Shown one piece after another: positions 36,986 to 51,124 of a stretch of 64,000 bases of DNA. Origin of the DNA: Marsupella aquatica (taxonomy: Eukaryota; Plantae; Marchantiophyta); assembly GCA_973895155.1 (NCBI GenBank), contig OZ316891.1, forward strand, positions 13,051,037-13,115,036. The letters run 5' to 3'. Made by a program: the position numbers and the translations under genes. The notes beneath the pieces are model-generated. The model saw only the letters and a list, made by a program, of their open reading frames with translations, was not told the origin of the DNA and did not search any database. How positions within the stretch are numbered: position 1 is the first letter of the stretch; each line of letters begins with the position of its first letter.

Positions 36986-39900
36986 GTGGACAACATTCTT
37001 GGTCAGCTTTTAATGACCTTCTTTGGAATTCATAAGTAAATATTTTCCCCATCCGTGTTGGTACTTAACTCCAGTGCCTGGTTTGGTACACTGGAACATA
37101 GGTTAGCCACGGTTAAGGGTTTCTGAGGTTAGACTAGTGGAGAGGGCATATAAGGTGGAGAAACACTTCATGTGCTCTTACTTAGATATCAGTTTTAGAA
37201 GTAATTAATAGACTGAGAGGGAGAGGACAGGATTGTGAGTCATAGAACAGCTTGTGAGCTTGCCAAGCTATGGCAAATGAAATAAAATTTTGCATAAGTG
37301 ATTCTTTTAAACTTGGCATGGACATAGCCCAGATTAGTCCAAACACAACATTAACTACACGTGACAAAAATTGAAGTACTACATGTGGCACATTACTTGC
37401 TTCTGAGCTTGTAATAAACATCTGACTAATATATGCAAACGAAACTATTCAAACCATAGTTAATCTAAAATCTACCTTATACCTTAAACACTTACTGGGC
37501 TCTAATAATAAATATGGAAAGAAAATTTCAAAATAACCAAAACTATTACACACAAAATTGAATATAACTAGCTGTATGCTACTAACTCATGACGCTGATA
37601 ATAATAGAAGATTTAAAGAAAATCTTGTTCTTGTTTCCTTTTATATGTAAATATCTCTTTCTAAAAAGCTTGTTGGAGCTAGAGTCAAGCACATGGCTCC
37701 CCGCATGGCTCAAGTGCTAGCTTCTAGTAAACTTTTTATGATACCATATGCAATCCTAACCTAATTAAAGTACCCCTGTTTTGTAACAAAATTATTCTTA
37801 ATTTTGAATTGTTTGAGTTGTCATGGGCGGTCAAACGATGGAGAAATCTATCAAATTTGGCTTTCCTCTCAAGTGATTTGAATGCCGAACCGTGCTTAGA
37901 CTTGGACGAGGAAGATAGTAGCACACTTGCATTATACCCAAGCTGCCATCAAGACAAATTAACCCACTTTAGTGAATCATCCTCTAATCTAATATCTTTT
38001 ATTAGACTAGTATTGTCATGTTAATTTCTTGATACTAAATTATAATCAGCATACTTATGGGCTGATTTGGGCTAAGGAGAATATATACTGGGTTGTCAGT
38101 GGATATGGGCTCCCAGGGTTATAGGGGTTCTGAGGGTTTATTGTTACATCTACAATGTTTTTGGCCTGCTAGGTTTTTGTTGGTTGGTCCTTTAATTCCT
38201 TCTGGCCTCCTGGGGAGCATTGTGGGTTATACTGGTCTGGCGTTCTATGCTATTTATGACTTCTCCAACTTGGGGTTCTTGCGGTCCGAAAATATTATAA
38301 ACATGATTGATTCTCTAAACTCCAAAATATACAATGTTATTTAAAATAGATCTTTTCAAAACTAAGATAGGCCATTTACATTTATAGAGAAGTGTACATA
38401 GACACTCCCAAAAATATAATAACAAGGAAATTCTCCTAGCTTGGTTCTCAAGGGCCAGCTATGGAAATTTCTAGGAACTACATGTGATCAAATGTATATT
38501 TGAGTCAGTGATATTTGCAAAATTTTAAAAGCATAAGAAACCAATTAAAACCATGCAGTATACACTATGACATCAAGAATATTCTCCTAATATATATACT
38601 TTTGACAGACTAACTAATATAGGTCACTAAAGTGCAAATAATTTGTTGTTCTTATAATATTTTTATTAATATGGGTATTAAATAAAGCTAGGATTGCAAC
38701 CCAAAATATACACTAAGTGAACCCCCATGACTCACTTGGATAACTCTTTGGAACGGATGCTCTAGAATTGCACTCATCCCTTGCAAAGTCTTAAACCGGG
38801 GTCTTCAACACTCGCTTCAACAATGACATCAAGTCATGCATTTTGGAAGTTGTGACCCACTCCTGGACCCACTAAAAGAATGGCATGAGACACATACCAA
38901 CCATCTTAGTTGCTAAAATCAGAAAAAAAACACTACGAAGAAAGACATATGAGCAATGCCACAGGTTCCAAAGTTTCTTCGCCTTGTTCAAACTACTGTA
39001 CCATCAATAGTTTTCAAATTTGATGTTCTTTTGGTAAGAGTCCACACCCTACAAGTCATTGATCCAAATGTTGCATAATATCTCAATTGGTTTGTTTGTT
39101 GTAGTGCATTGTGTTGGTACAATGATTTGTGATATCAAGTCTCCAAAATGATCTGTCAAGCACCTCATTGTCATCAAAATAATTGTGGACACTTCAAAAC
39201 ATGCACTTGCTTGCAACACAAACAATGCAATAAGCAGGGCAATGAGAGATTAAACAACATTGAGTATGCAAGGTAGAAAGATAACAAGCTGATTATTTGG
39301 TGGTGCCACAAACATAGCTAGAGTTGGGGGGCAAACTTTGGGCATGCTCCATCAGTTGGCAAATTAAAAATATATTGCTGACTTGATCGTACTAAGCAGC
39401 CACAATATATACAAAAAGATTATGGAAAAGAGTAAACTCACTTATCTCAATCAACACTGAAAGGGCTTACATGAAAGCCACAATGTCCATGCATATATTC
39501 TAACAGTGGTGGGCCGTGGTTTGGTATAATAACTACCTCACATTTGATAATATTGCAAGTACTTATAATCTTTGATGTTACACGACGTTGGATAAAATGA
39601 CAAGGGTGAAGACCCCTCTTGGTTGTCCTGACCTACACTTTTTTCTAGCTCAATACTGCAAATTGTGACACAAATCATACGTAACTGCAAAAATATGACC
39701 CCTTGCTATCATACATTGGAGAAATGCAGACCACATTACGAGGATTACCTTAGATCCTCATTCATAAATCCATCAACACACAAACATTATAGAAGAATAT
39801 TAGGGTCTTTTGAATCAAATTGTGAGCTTTATTCAAATACATCGGATTTTTCAAACCATTTTTTTGTTGGAAATTCCAAATTAAAAGGAGTGTAAATACA

Positions 39901-40153
39901 TTTTTTTCTTAAGTCTTAGGGCTTTCAAGCCTATCAAACTTTGCAGATGATAGGGGGCTCCATATAATGAGACCCTCCAATTTGCAAAACCATCTCAATT
40001 TGCTCACTCTCCAATTCAAACATTTCATTTTTATAGGAATTACCTGCTCATACTTGGCAAGTATACATATCTTCCATATGTGGACTGTGATACCAGTATA
40101 AAAAAGCTCTTTCCAGAAAACATCTGCTTATACAAGTAACTTGAGTAGCCTGT

Positions 40154-40376
40154 GGGGGTCACTATATGGAGGGTTGTACATCACGTGCAACGGGTTGGGT
40201 TATTTATGTCCCCGTTTGTCACTTTAAATAAAGTTGTACAACACCAATCATATGATGACATGTATACATTTTTGAATTAAAAAACACTATATTTTCACTA
40301 ACAATTCAATAATTTTTTTTCAAAATGATTGTCACACGTGATGTGATGTGACACTTCTGTGGAAGAGACCCCCCCC
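40154..40376. mobile_element. Possible old MITE with degenerate TIRs
   Basis: Left end GGGGTCACTATATGGAGGGTTGTACATCAC versus reverse complement of the right end GGGGTCTCTTCCACAGAAGTGTCACATCAC. AT-rich interior and no clear TSD. Confidence 0.35.
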
Positions 40377-43300
40377 AAACCAGTAGCATTCTAGAGGTTG
40401 AATTAAAAATTCAGGGGGCGCTACATGCTGTGATAAAGGTCATTCTAGGTTTATTTAGCAACCTAACTGAAAACTTATAGGTAAATTAAGGATCTAAGGC
40501 TAGGGGCCAACTGGCTACAAGTACCCAAATTAGGAGGGGGAATATAAAATCTTGTCCAAGTATAATTGTTCGCAATTGCAAAAACTGATAACCAATAACT
40601 GCTAGAGAAAGTTGCAAAACTAACAATGGTTGCAACATAGTTAATGAAACTCTGAAGCTAGTCATGTTAGGACACATTTTGAATCTGTCAATGACCCAAA
40701 TTTAATACTAGTGTGAGCAGATGAACATAATGTCCACATAAAAAAGTTTTGGACAAAGACTATGCTACAGTCAGAATGTTTTAAGCTCGTACATTGTTGA
40801 GCTATTTTTCTAGTTTTATGATTATAAGGGCGATACATTTAGAGAGTTTTGTCCAATTTTGAGTGGCCAATTTGCTAAACAACAAATCAGTCTCGATGAA
40901 CAAAAGTCCTGTTTTTCCAATCTTATGCGAGTTTGTATATGATTTTGAAAACGGGTTTCATATTGGATTGAAGCAATGCATTTATAGGCAGTTCGTTCAT
41001 TGGACTGGCTGTTAATGGTTTGGGTGCAGACTTCATACATGCATGTATTGCTCTTTGTATTTGAGCCACAGTATTTGTAGATACGGTTGCAAGTTTATTG
41101 GTCACTGCCCCATCACTGCTGTGAGGTAAACTTTCAAGTGGTTGACAGTGTCAAACTGCAAAAGTAACTAGTAAGTTTAGCACGACCAGAGAGTGTTTTT
41201 TTAAAAAACTTTTCTACAAGTAACTTTCAAAACTGGCAGTTTCGATGGTTTCAGATTGAACAGATTTCCAATATTGAACTAGAAAATGCTTTGATCTTTT
41301 CAGATGAAAATGATAATTTTGCAATGCTTTCCTCTAGTTGCGGGAAGGAACTTGAGGATAGAAAACCATTGAAATGTTAAATTGGATATTTCCAAAAATT
41401 CCTTGCTGTCCCAATGCAAGAAAATGGAGCCCCAATCGACCGAGGGGTTTGTTTTGCCCATCCCCATGGAGTGCATAACACAATATATCTCACTTTACAC
41501 CCAATATTTCACATTGACCAGTGGCCTTTGGAAGGACAATTCACTCTTGAGAAGGATGCCTGAAGTTGTTCATCTAGGTGACCTGACCAACTGTAAATTG
41601 TTGGGTTTTGGTCTGCTTGGACAAATTTTGGATCTTGGCTTAAGCTCAAAATTTCCAGCATGTTCTTTGATGTCCAATCTATGACCTTGCAAAGCTCCAG
41701 ATTTTTTTTTGAGATCTTTTCTCCGTTGCTGATGAGTGCAAAAATGGTCAAATGATCATAAACCAATTGTCAAGGATTGCTCACTTTTGTGAAGGAGACC
41801 CTGAGTAGATTGAGCATGACTGGCAAATGACCTCTTAAATTGGGAAAGACACTTCACTTGGGATTTTACTATTGTAAAGGATGCCCTGAGTACTTTGGGC
41901 ATGAGTACCAAGCTACCACTTTGAAGAAGTCAGCTTCACATTTATGAAGGACGACGAGGTACTTTGTCAATGAGCAGTATCTTACCACTACTTACACTAC
42001 CTTAAAACCAGCTGCAAACTACCAGGACCCTATTCCAGGTCACATTTCAATAAAAACTTGAAAGAGTGCTCTCTGAGCATCTTTTCAAGTTCTCCATGAG
42101 TCCATCCCAGCTTTGGAATCCATGGGGGCGTCACAACAAACCCTTTGGTCCATCCAAGCTTAATATTACGAAATGATACAAGAATGGAAAATCTGGTAGA
42201 TCATCGATTTTTGCCAGAATGAGCCAAAACAGTATTTGTTGAGGCTGGGCATTCAACAACTGAATGCACAGTGTGGCTTGATTCAAAAGTATGAGTGTGC
42301 AATCAAACATTCAATGGAAGTGTGCTTGGCAGGAGTAACTGATATTGGAATGCCCTTATCAGCGCTGACAAAGGCTGTCAGTTGCCTGGATGTTGTCGTC
42401 TTCATGTGCAACATATTTAGTGTGCCCTCGAATGAATTTGTCCTTGTGAGTAGATCAAAACCTACTGTAGACCATTCATCAGCCAATTCTCATCACCATC
42501 AAACAATGGTGGTTCCGTTTTCCGCAGATGTCTGGAATGGACTTGGTCACATCTTGGGGGTTGCAAGGGCTGAGATCACCAATTCCAGATTCTTCTAAGA
42601 CACCATTTATATCCCAATTCACGTCACCCCTCAGGGACTGTCCATATATGGCCTTTCTTGGTCAATGTTTGGATCATACTTAAGGCCTGTGATGCCCACT
42701 CTCATCATATTATAGTCACATATGTTGTGACTGTTTGGTGGCTCACTCTTGGGTTCTTTCCCCACCTCATCTACAATAGTTGAGTAAGCCATCAAACTCG
42801 CCATAAAATCAAAAGGCATTTGTCCTTGGCAATGAAACAATCCAAGCATGCACGGCATATGCTTTGCTTGTAGACCCTTCTCCCAGTCACTGGTCATAAT
42901 CTTTAATAAGCCCCCCCAAGGTATTGTATGATTGGGGCAAACAGGAGTTTTTGACAGCAAGGAGAGTACTGTTAGTGAGTCACTAGTGGATCTTAATGTC
43001 TTTTGATTCTAGTGCATTTCTAACACTCCAGATGACAAGGGAGTTAGCAGGCCAAAATTGGAGTCCCCAAGTTGGGTATTGCTAACAAGGTTTTGGCTAG
43101 CTAGGGACTGTCTCGAGAGAAACTGGCACCGGAGAGAAGAATGCACTTATGTTGAAGTTAATTAGAAATTTTCAGAATGATGATGACTCAAAGTTATGTG
43201 ATGTACTCCATAAGGGAGTGGGCCAAAATGAAAAGCACTTTTGAATTTGTTTTGGACAACTTACTCTTGGCCTGGACTCCTGGAGGACTTTACCTTAGAC

Positions 43301-43840
43301 ATGTCAATAATGGTGATCACTCCTAATTTTGATTCTACGCATGCGTTCCAAGAAACTCATTTATTGCCACCTATTGTTCATGCTGCCCATCGTGCAGAGA
43401 AGGTGAAGATATGAAGGACTCTGACATTAGTCTTCCCACCAACTGTAAGAGTAGCAGTAGCCATCTTGATCATGGCAAGTGAGTTTCCACGTTCAAGCTT
43501 CGTAAGTCACCAACTTTTGCACAAGCCCCATGTCAACTGAGTTCACCAAAGTTCTTTGCACACAAAATACTTGATACTTGAAAAACTGGAGGTCAGTTTC
43601 TTCTCCCTAAAATGGAAATTGGTAGGGGGCACATCCCCATCTCAAAGTGGAATTCACCTAAGTTATTGCACACAAAATATCTGTCACTTTATGAATTGGA
43701 GATTATTCTCTTATCAGTAAACTTGAACCAGGTCGGCTGCAATGTCTACCAGTGGGGAGGGGAATGTCTTCAATTAGTTTTATTACCAAGGACCGTGACC
43801 TACCCAAGGGCCCATGGTAATAAATGTGGGACCCAAGACG

Positions 43841-44040
43841 TTATTATAAATGAGTTTTTAGAAGCTATGAACTGCCCAATGCGTTGTAAAGAATGAGTTC
43901 GCAGGGACGTATGAACTGCCCAATGCGCTGTAAAAAAAGAGTTCTCAGGGAAGTATGAACTGCCCAATGCGCTGTAAAAAAAGAGTATTTAGGGAAGTAT
44001 GAACTGCCCAATGCGTTGTAATAAATTAGTTTTTAGAAGA
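43841..44040. repeat. Minisatellite, 44-bp unit x ~4.5
   Basis: TATGAACTGCCCAATGCG(T/C)TGTAA core at 43866, 43910, 43954 and 43998. Confidence 0.92.
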
Positions 44041-45206
44041 ACCACGAACCTGAATTAATTTTGTGGTTTTTTTATTAAACCCATTCCAGCCTCTCTGACT
44101 ATGGAATCGAATCGTTGACCCGCAGCCTGCAAAACGACACAAAGGGGCACGAACGAGGCATCCTTCTTGAATGCGCATAAAGCGCGGCTGGATAATTATT
44201 CAGCTGTTTTGGAAAGCTGAACGTCCAAGCAGAAAGCGAAAGAGAAATAATTGTTGTTATGTGGGGAACGTCTGGACTAGGAATACTGAAAGGACAGGAA
44301 AAGGGAACACCGACAGTAGTGGACTGTACACAGGTTGCGTTCCCGTTTCCGTGTACCATTCTTCTTCGTCAATCTTTGAGTTATTAAAGTACTGTAAGTT
44401 CAATTTTCAAGGTTTTAAGGGAAGCTGTGCGTCCACGGACTCAACGGTGGGTTTAGATTACCCGTTCATTGTCTTTTCCGTCATTCTCGCGCTGTCCTCT
44501 TTCGGGGGTATCCCTATATCCCATCGAACCTCGTTCAATTGAGGTCGTTTAACTGCTCCAACTCGATTTGTGACGAGAAAAAGCTGACTCGCAGCAGCGT
44601 TTCCACTGTTTTCGGAAGGGAATTCCTGAAATTATCGGCTCTTCAACAGGTTTTCTTGTCCTTTACGTGTTTTATTCGCGTTCTGTCCAATGGATTTTTC
44701 ATGGGAGACGAGTTATACAGTGTAATGAATATTTCGGATCGATGTCCAACTTATTACTGACCCACTACCATAGATTTGCGGGTCTGCCTGCACTTTTTGC
44801 TTACCAATCGATGGTTGGGTAAATTGTTCAATCTTAGCTGGTTTGTGAAGACCGATTTGATGTCGAGCTGGCTGTGTTTTCCAACGCTAGCTAGGAAGTA
44901 AGAACCATCCAAGGCTTCATCTGCAAACCCAAACGGAACTGTAAATAAGATCCCGCTCGATTAGAGGTCTAATTGCAGCTCAACTCTTGACAGTCATGAA
45001 GTTCAGAGGCAGACCTACTACAGTCTCAGTAGGGAAGGGTCCTTTAGGAATGTGAAGCAGTCAGAGAGATGCAGAACTCGGGCTGCTATGAGGGACTCCG
45101 GGGCTGATCGAATTGGCCTAATCTTCAGACATGCATCATCAACCTGCGGCTGACGTGCAGGAATTAAGCTGGAAAGGTAACTTGACTTCCCCCAATCCTT
45201 TATCAA

Positions 45207-45262
45207 CTAGCTGGATTTCCAAACCTGATAAGCTCGCTAGCTGGATTTCCAAACCTGATAAG
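45207..45262. repeat. Tandem duplication, 30-bp unit x2
   Basis: CTAGCTGGATTTCCAAACCTGATAAG at 45207 and 45237. Confidence 0.9.
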
Positions 45263-48200
45263 ACAGGGAGAAGATGCTTCAGGTTTAGAGGACTACTTGA
45301 AAGTTCCAAATCTGGTAGGGACTTGAATTCGAGCGAGATGAACAAAGAGCTCAAAAAAGGGATGGGAAAATAGGAGATTCATCCATCCAGAGTCGGAGAC
45401 CCAAACTGAAGCGGAATTTTTACTTCAGCTCGAGAAACAAGTTATTTAGGGCTCTGGGATTTAACGACAGGTCTCGACTAATATGAATCCCAGTACTAGA
45501 GTACTGGGATATCAACTGTACGAGAGCGACTGCAGTCGTACTCAATCAACTTTGGCCACTCCCTTCCTAGTTACCTACCATTCTACTAAATGATTACACG
45601 TTGGCCACCTGGTGTGTCCGCCATATATGAGTGTAGCTTTCAATTTGGACATTTATAGCTAGGTATCAGGCTATGGCCGAGGACGGTGCTCGGAAATGAG
45701 AGAGATCTAGAATCATCATGCAACGCTCGGCGTCTTAGGGGTTTGGCAGTGTGCTGCGATAAGATCATTGTGCTCCCGGCTGGGTGGGTGCGTGACAGGC
45801 CGGGAGAGACCTCAGACAAGTCATTATTGAATCGCTAGCTAGTGATGAGATCCACTGCCGCAGAGGTTCACAGATAGACGTACCGAGATCGAGCTCCGAG
45901 GTTTTGTGCAATCGTTTTCAGCCAAGTATAACGCCACTACTTCTAGTCTTGGCTACTTTCCACAGACTGAGTGAGCTAGCACCTGCGATTTGCTGAACTG
46001 CACACCTGCGGCCAGTTTTAGAGATCCGGTACTCCTCATGCGCATGCGTCTGTCAGGGCCGGAGCGTTCTTCAAGCTTTCTGTTAATTCTAGGGATAAGC
46101 TCTTTAGAATGTTTGACTGTAATGTTTAGATAACAAGGTATGACTTGAAGTATGGTAGCTACTTGTAGTTCACTTGGTTTGAAGAGACAATTGTTCTTTA
46201 TCCTGCCAGGAGAGCGAATAGCGAATGATTGCAGTACGTATGGACAGAAACGTCCAAAGAACTCGAAGGCTGGGGAAGATAACTTAACGCTTCTAATTTA
46301 CCATAGAAAGAGATGGATAACAGTCCTGCCCTGTGGAAATGACCAAATAACTCGGAGCGAGGATATTAACGGTCTTAATTTGAGAGAGACTGACTGATGC
46401 TTGACACTGATACACTGATTTGGTTCAGATTGCTTCAACAACCCCAAGTGTAACTCGAGTGCAGCCATATTCAGTTGAATGAGGATGCATGCCCCTTGAA
46501 GCCCCTTGAAGTGTGATGTCTTGGGTTGAGAGTTTTACAGACTTAGATAGATGTTATTGAGAGCTGTGGTAGCATGTATATTCCATCCATTCTCGGCGCC
46601 AGAAGCCTGCTGTCCGTCGTCAAGCTTCAAAAGAACTATGGCTGGGTCTGAGAATGTCACCTTGGGCGAGCAACCGAAGGTTTAATGGGAGAAATTTTTG
46701 GGAGTCCGAGACTCTGAGACGGACGGTTCAAATGAAATTAAAGATGTGAGCCCCAGGCTAGGAACGAGCGAGACTTTCAAGGAATGGTTCAGCATCCTAA
46801 GTTCACAATTCATATGCAACAGTATGGAGTAGTTTTCTCATGCGGGGTCTGCAAAGAAGGGTACGTCCGTTCCCAATGAAGTGAGCTTCCATGTTTTCTC
46901 TCGTTGCCGAATGATCTCTGATTCCTGTACCTTGTGACAGTAGACCGACCTTCTCAGCGATGACCCAGTTGGGAAGACCAGTTCGAGGCGATCATGTGGA
47001 TGTATTTATCTCCCTTTTGCATCTTTCTGAGGTACGCAGACGAATTCTAGCAAAATTGGAAACAGTCGCCTTACATTCACGGTGATCGAGAAATCAGGAT
47101 GCTAAATGCACTCCATGGTACGATGACCAATAGAAGCATACAAAATGTCGACCATGATTAGGGGAAGATCGCTCGCATTCCAAGCGATATGGCTAAGGAA
47201 TTAAGTTGCTTCGCCACGAAAATGATTTCTACAAAACTCAAGGTTTTCGGAAAATGTTGAAGGTTAGGGGATCTCTGGCTACACTTTTCACTCACTTCTC
47301 TTGACTAGATAGTCCTTCTTGCCTCGGTTGCACACTTGTGGCAACGCCAATAGGAGTGAAATTCGCGTGGGTGTGTATGCTTACAGTGCAGCGTCAGAAC
47401 ATGTACGGCAGACAGCTAGCTTTAATTTCAAGTTTGAAATGTTTTTGTTGCCGATATGGATGGTCACATTTAAAAGATTTGGAAGTGGCGCACGTGGATC
47501 AGAAGATCGCCACTTCTATCCCCGCTTCTATCGTGATTGTCTTTCAGGTTCTCGACGTCGATGAGAGTTGCGAAGACGATATGATGCATGGGTGTACCAT
47601 TGGGTGGTCCAGTTCCGAATCTGCTCTACAAGAAGCAACTAGTGCACTAACTGTCTGCAATCATGCTGAGATTTTCACTTTATATGCTTTAAGATACGTA
47701 AATGATTCGAGCCTCGTATGTAGTCGAAGCGGAGTCCTTCGTACGTCATATGGAAGTCTTTCAGTTGCGGTGTTGGACTTAAAAGCATCAATATCCCGTC
47801 TTCGTGCCTATCATCGGCTTCAAGAACCTGTTGGCTAGCAGCGCCAGCACCTCTGGCGAAGAACGTTCCGGCCACTGAGCTAGCTTCCACCGCCAACTAT
47901 CAGTGGTGAGGTCGAAGTCATATATTTGAGTTGCATGCAGAGCGAGGGTTTGTCGGCAGAGCTAGCAATGATACATAGCAGGTACACTTTCCATGCTTGG
48001 GATGATCTTACTCAATGATTGTGGCGAAGACATCGATGGATCATAGATGAGCTGAAGTTGAGAAGTCTAGCTGGAGGACTCAACCCATTCTTCCGAGGTA
48101 GTTAGGCACATTTGACAGATTTGGTCATGAAACTCTCGATCAATCTTGATGAGGTTCAGCTTGCTCGATGCACTAAAGGTTGTAAATCTACCTTAGCTAG

Positions 48201-51021
48201 TTCACAGAAACAAATGTAGGTAAGTTCCCACCCATCAATCAGTATACTATGCATCTCTCGATCAATCTGTCTGATGTTTCTCAGTTCGTCAAGAGCCTAC
48301 AGAAATGAAAACGTGCAGGTTTATACGTAAGGGAAAATTTGAGCTAGTACTGCCATTTAGAATTTGAGTACTGTAATTCATTGTGTGGTACAGATCTAGA
48401 TATCTAGATCATATTTCAGATATATTTGGCGCAAGTAGACATAGTGGTGTTCCGCTATATGTATGTGATTGGTGTTAAAATGTGGGCATGTGCAGATGAG
48501 CAGATGTGCCCAAAGCAGCGCTCGGATTTACTTAAATTAGGTTATGACGAAAGCAGCTTCATGGTCTGAGTTGGTTTATGTGTCATCACAAAGAGGTCCA
48601 GAAGTAGCACCACAGGAAGTCGGTAGGAATGGGCATTTCGATCTCTTACTAGCTGGCTCGGAACAGCTGATCGAGCTACATACCTGAGTGTAAATCATGT
48701 ACTTCATTTGCAGGTGAGGTGATCAAAACGCGCTAGAGTGTGGCACCCAAGCACCCAGTTTGATACGATCTCTCATTATCGTTATACTGTGGCAGGGGCA
48801 TAACCGATACTATGCATAAACTCCACAAATACAATAGGTCCATAGATATTTTCTCTGCAATCTGGACGGCTGGCCTTGTTAATAGAGATTGTATGTTTTA
48901 ATCAGTGGATCAGAGCATAAAATGTTCATTCTCACTGACAACAAACAGCCAGTACATTGTGTACTGTAGTTGAGACAGTGAAAGGGACAGTTTGTTGACA
49001 TTTCCCCATGACCCCGTGGCTGCACTGCCAAGATAATTATATACAGTAGTAGCTCAGTAATTGGTTATCGTGCAGCTACAGTAAGTAGATTCATTCCTTT
49101 ACTAGCTTGACCCGGCGATGAATGCTGCTAAAGTGTGTCTGGGAACGTGATTTCTTTTCACTAAAGTAGGCTGAATTTCTTTGCTCGTGTATGATACCGT
49201 ACTGTACATATGGTGGAGTGTTATAAACCGCTTGTTTTCGTAACGTGGTTGGTTTGTTTGCATGCACTATAGTGGAATGAGTGAAACAGTACTGAAGTAC
49301 TACAGAAGACGGTCAATACACAATCATGACCAGGACCTAAAGACAGACTGTTTGGAGATACACACCCTTATGTTGTCCCCTGTATTGGGTCTATTTTTTG
49401 GGGATCCTATTTGACGCTTTTTGTTTTCGAAAATGCAGCCTCTGACCCCTGTTGTGCGTCGCTTGTCTTTGGTATCCTGTTTGACCAAGACCTCGGATGC
49501 ATTCTGGACACTGGATGTACAGTTTTGCATTGGACAGCTCACACTCACTATGGCAACGAGCCTGGTAGCCACAAAAGCTCTCCCAAGGGATTTTTGACGA
49601 GTGGTTCAGAACTCAACCAATGAATGTGTAGGACGAGGGTGACTGAGCAGAAATAAAATTAAAATGAAGGACAAACCTGGGAACAACCTGCGTTTCCACC
49701 AAGGAGATATGTATACTTGCACTGAACGGATGTGCTACAGTAAATATGAAGATCCAATGTTGTCTGCACAGCGTACATTGCCAATTCATTGTACTGTGGG
49801 TGTAGTGTATTTCTAGTATGGGGCAAAGTAGGGTAGAGCGGCGAGCCACTCCTGACACTGGAAATGTGCCAGAGAATGAAAGATGTCACACAGCTAACCT
49901 ACAATGTAGATCTTACAGGGAGTACTATTGGATCTGGTGATCTGAGTCTGAAAGGAATAAAGGAAAGAGGCAAATTTGATCCAAAATCTTACTTTTTTAT
50001 TTGCATAGGTCACCCGGCCAAATCTTGGATAAGATTTGGCAAAAAATTGCCTAACAAAACACACAGGGGGTAAGTCATTGTATCAGCTGCCAATAGTGTA
50101 CAGTGGCCTTAATGGAGATTTTTCATTATTGAGAGCCAAACTAACTAAGGGGTTTAGTTGGTGAGTGTGTGGAGGGTTGCCGCACGTGGAGTTGATTCTG
50201 GCCATTATTTAGACCGCGGTGAAGAAACCCCAAATTTTCTTTCGTAATTAAGTGGTAAGTAAAAACAGACTGATCGATGGACCATCAGATGGCACAACGC
50301 ATGCACAAATTCAATGGCTGAATGTGGCTCTCCACTGCCTGGCTAGGCGGCACAGATGACAACTTCCTAGAGGAATCAGGATGTGGGGATGACAAGGTCT
50401 ATGAACTTTGCAAGGATTTGGGCAAATCTATTTGCTGGTAAAAGATGTTGCATTATTTGTAGACTTGGGCACTTTTGATTTGACTTTCTATCCATTACTT
50501 GATGCCATAGTTTCGGTGAAGCAAATCAATGGCTTGGAGCCCAGGCTTCTTGTTTTTTGGTGGTGGGTAAGGGGGTTGTCGTCTGGAAAATTTCTTGTAG
50601 GAATCTTATTCTTTAATAATAAGGTAATTTTTTTGGTGGATGAGAAAGATCTTTAGAGGTTATCATTAAATGTGAGCCATTAGATCATCACACTATTGCA
50701 ATGATCGCTATTTGTTTCTTGTGTTTTGTTCTTTCTAGATTGTTAGAGTTTACATTTGCCCTTCTCTTTTGGGTTTAGTGTCTGTCCTTCTGGACCTCTT
50801 TTCCGTTTACTCCATTGTAATTTCTTTGCCCGTTTTTAGAAGATTGGTCACTTTCATCCTTTAGAGGTCATCTACAGTAGATCAAAACTTCTGTCATTGG
50901 ACCTTAGGGCACTAACAGGCTGAGCATCTCTAGCAGTAGGGCTGTCGGGACCCTACTCAGGCCAATAGTGACACCCGTAGTGACATATATTTGGCAGGGA
51001 CACACCCAACCAGTGCCTCCA

Positions 51022-51124
51022 TCCAGTAAAGTTTTGCGGCAATTGTGATATTCACTGCCTCCTGACCTTCATGTCCAGTAAAGTTTTGCGGCAATTGTGA
51101 TATTCTCTGCCTCCTGACCTTCAT
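51022..51124. repeat. Tandem duplication, 52-bp unit x2
   Basis: TCCAGTAAAGTTTTGCGGCAATTGTGATATTC(A/T)CTGCCTCCTGACCTTCAT at 51022 and 51074. Confidence 0.92.

Noticed and set aside
43841-44040. CRISPR-like repeat array
   Set aside because: The intervening sequences are similar to each other and short, so this is a plain 44-bp tandem repeat. The context is eukaryotic and there are no cas genes.
47338-47838. 166-aa plus-strand ORF
   Set aside because: It has a non-ATG start, no recognisable domain and no consistent multi-exon model could be built.
49045-49105. tRNA-like sequence (TAGCTCAGTAATTGG...GATTCATTCC)
   Set aside because: It is too short, the B box is poor and no cloverleaf can be formed. 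At most it is a small GTAGCT/AGCTAC hairpin.
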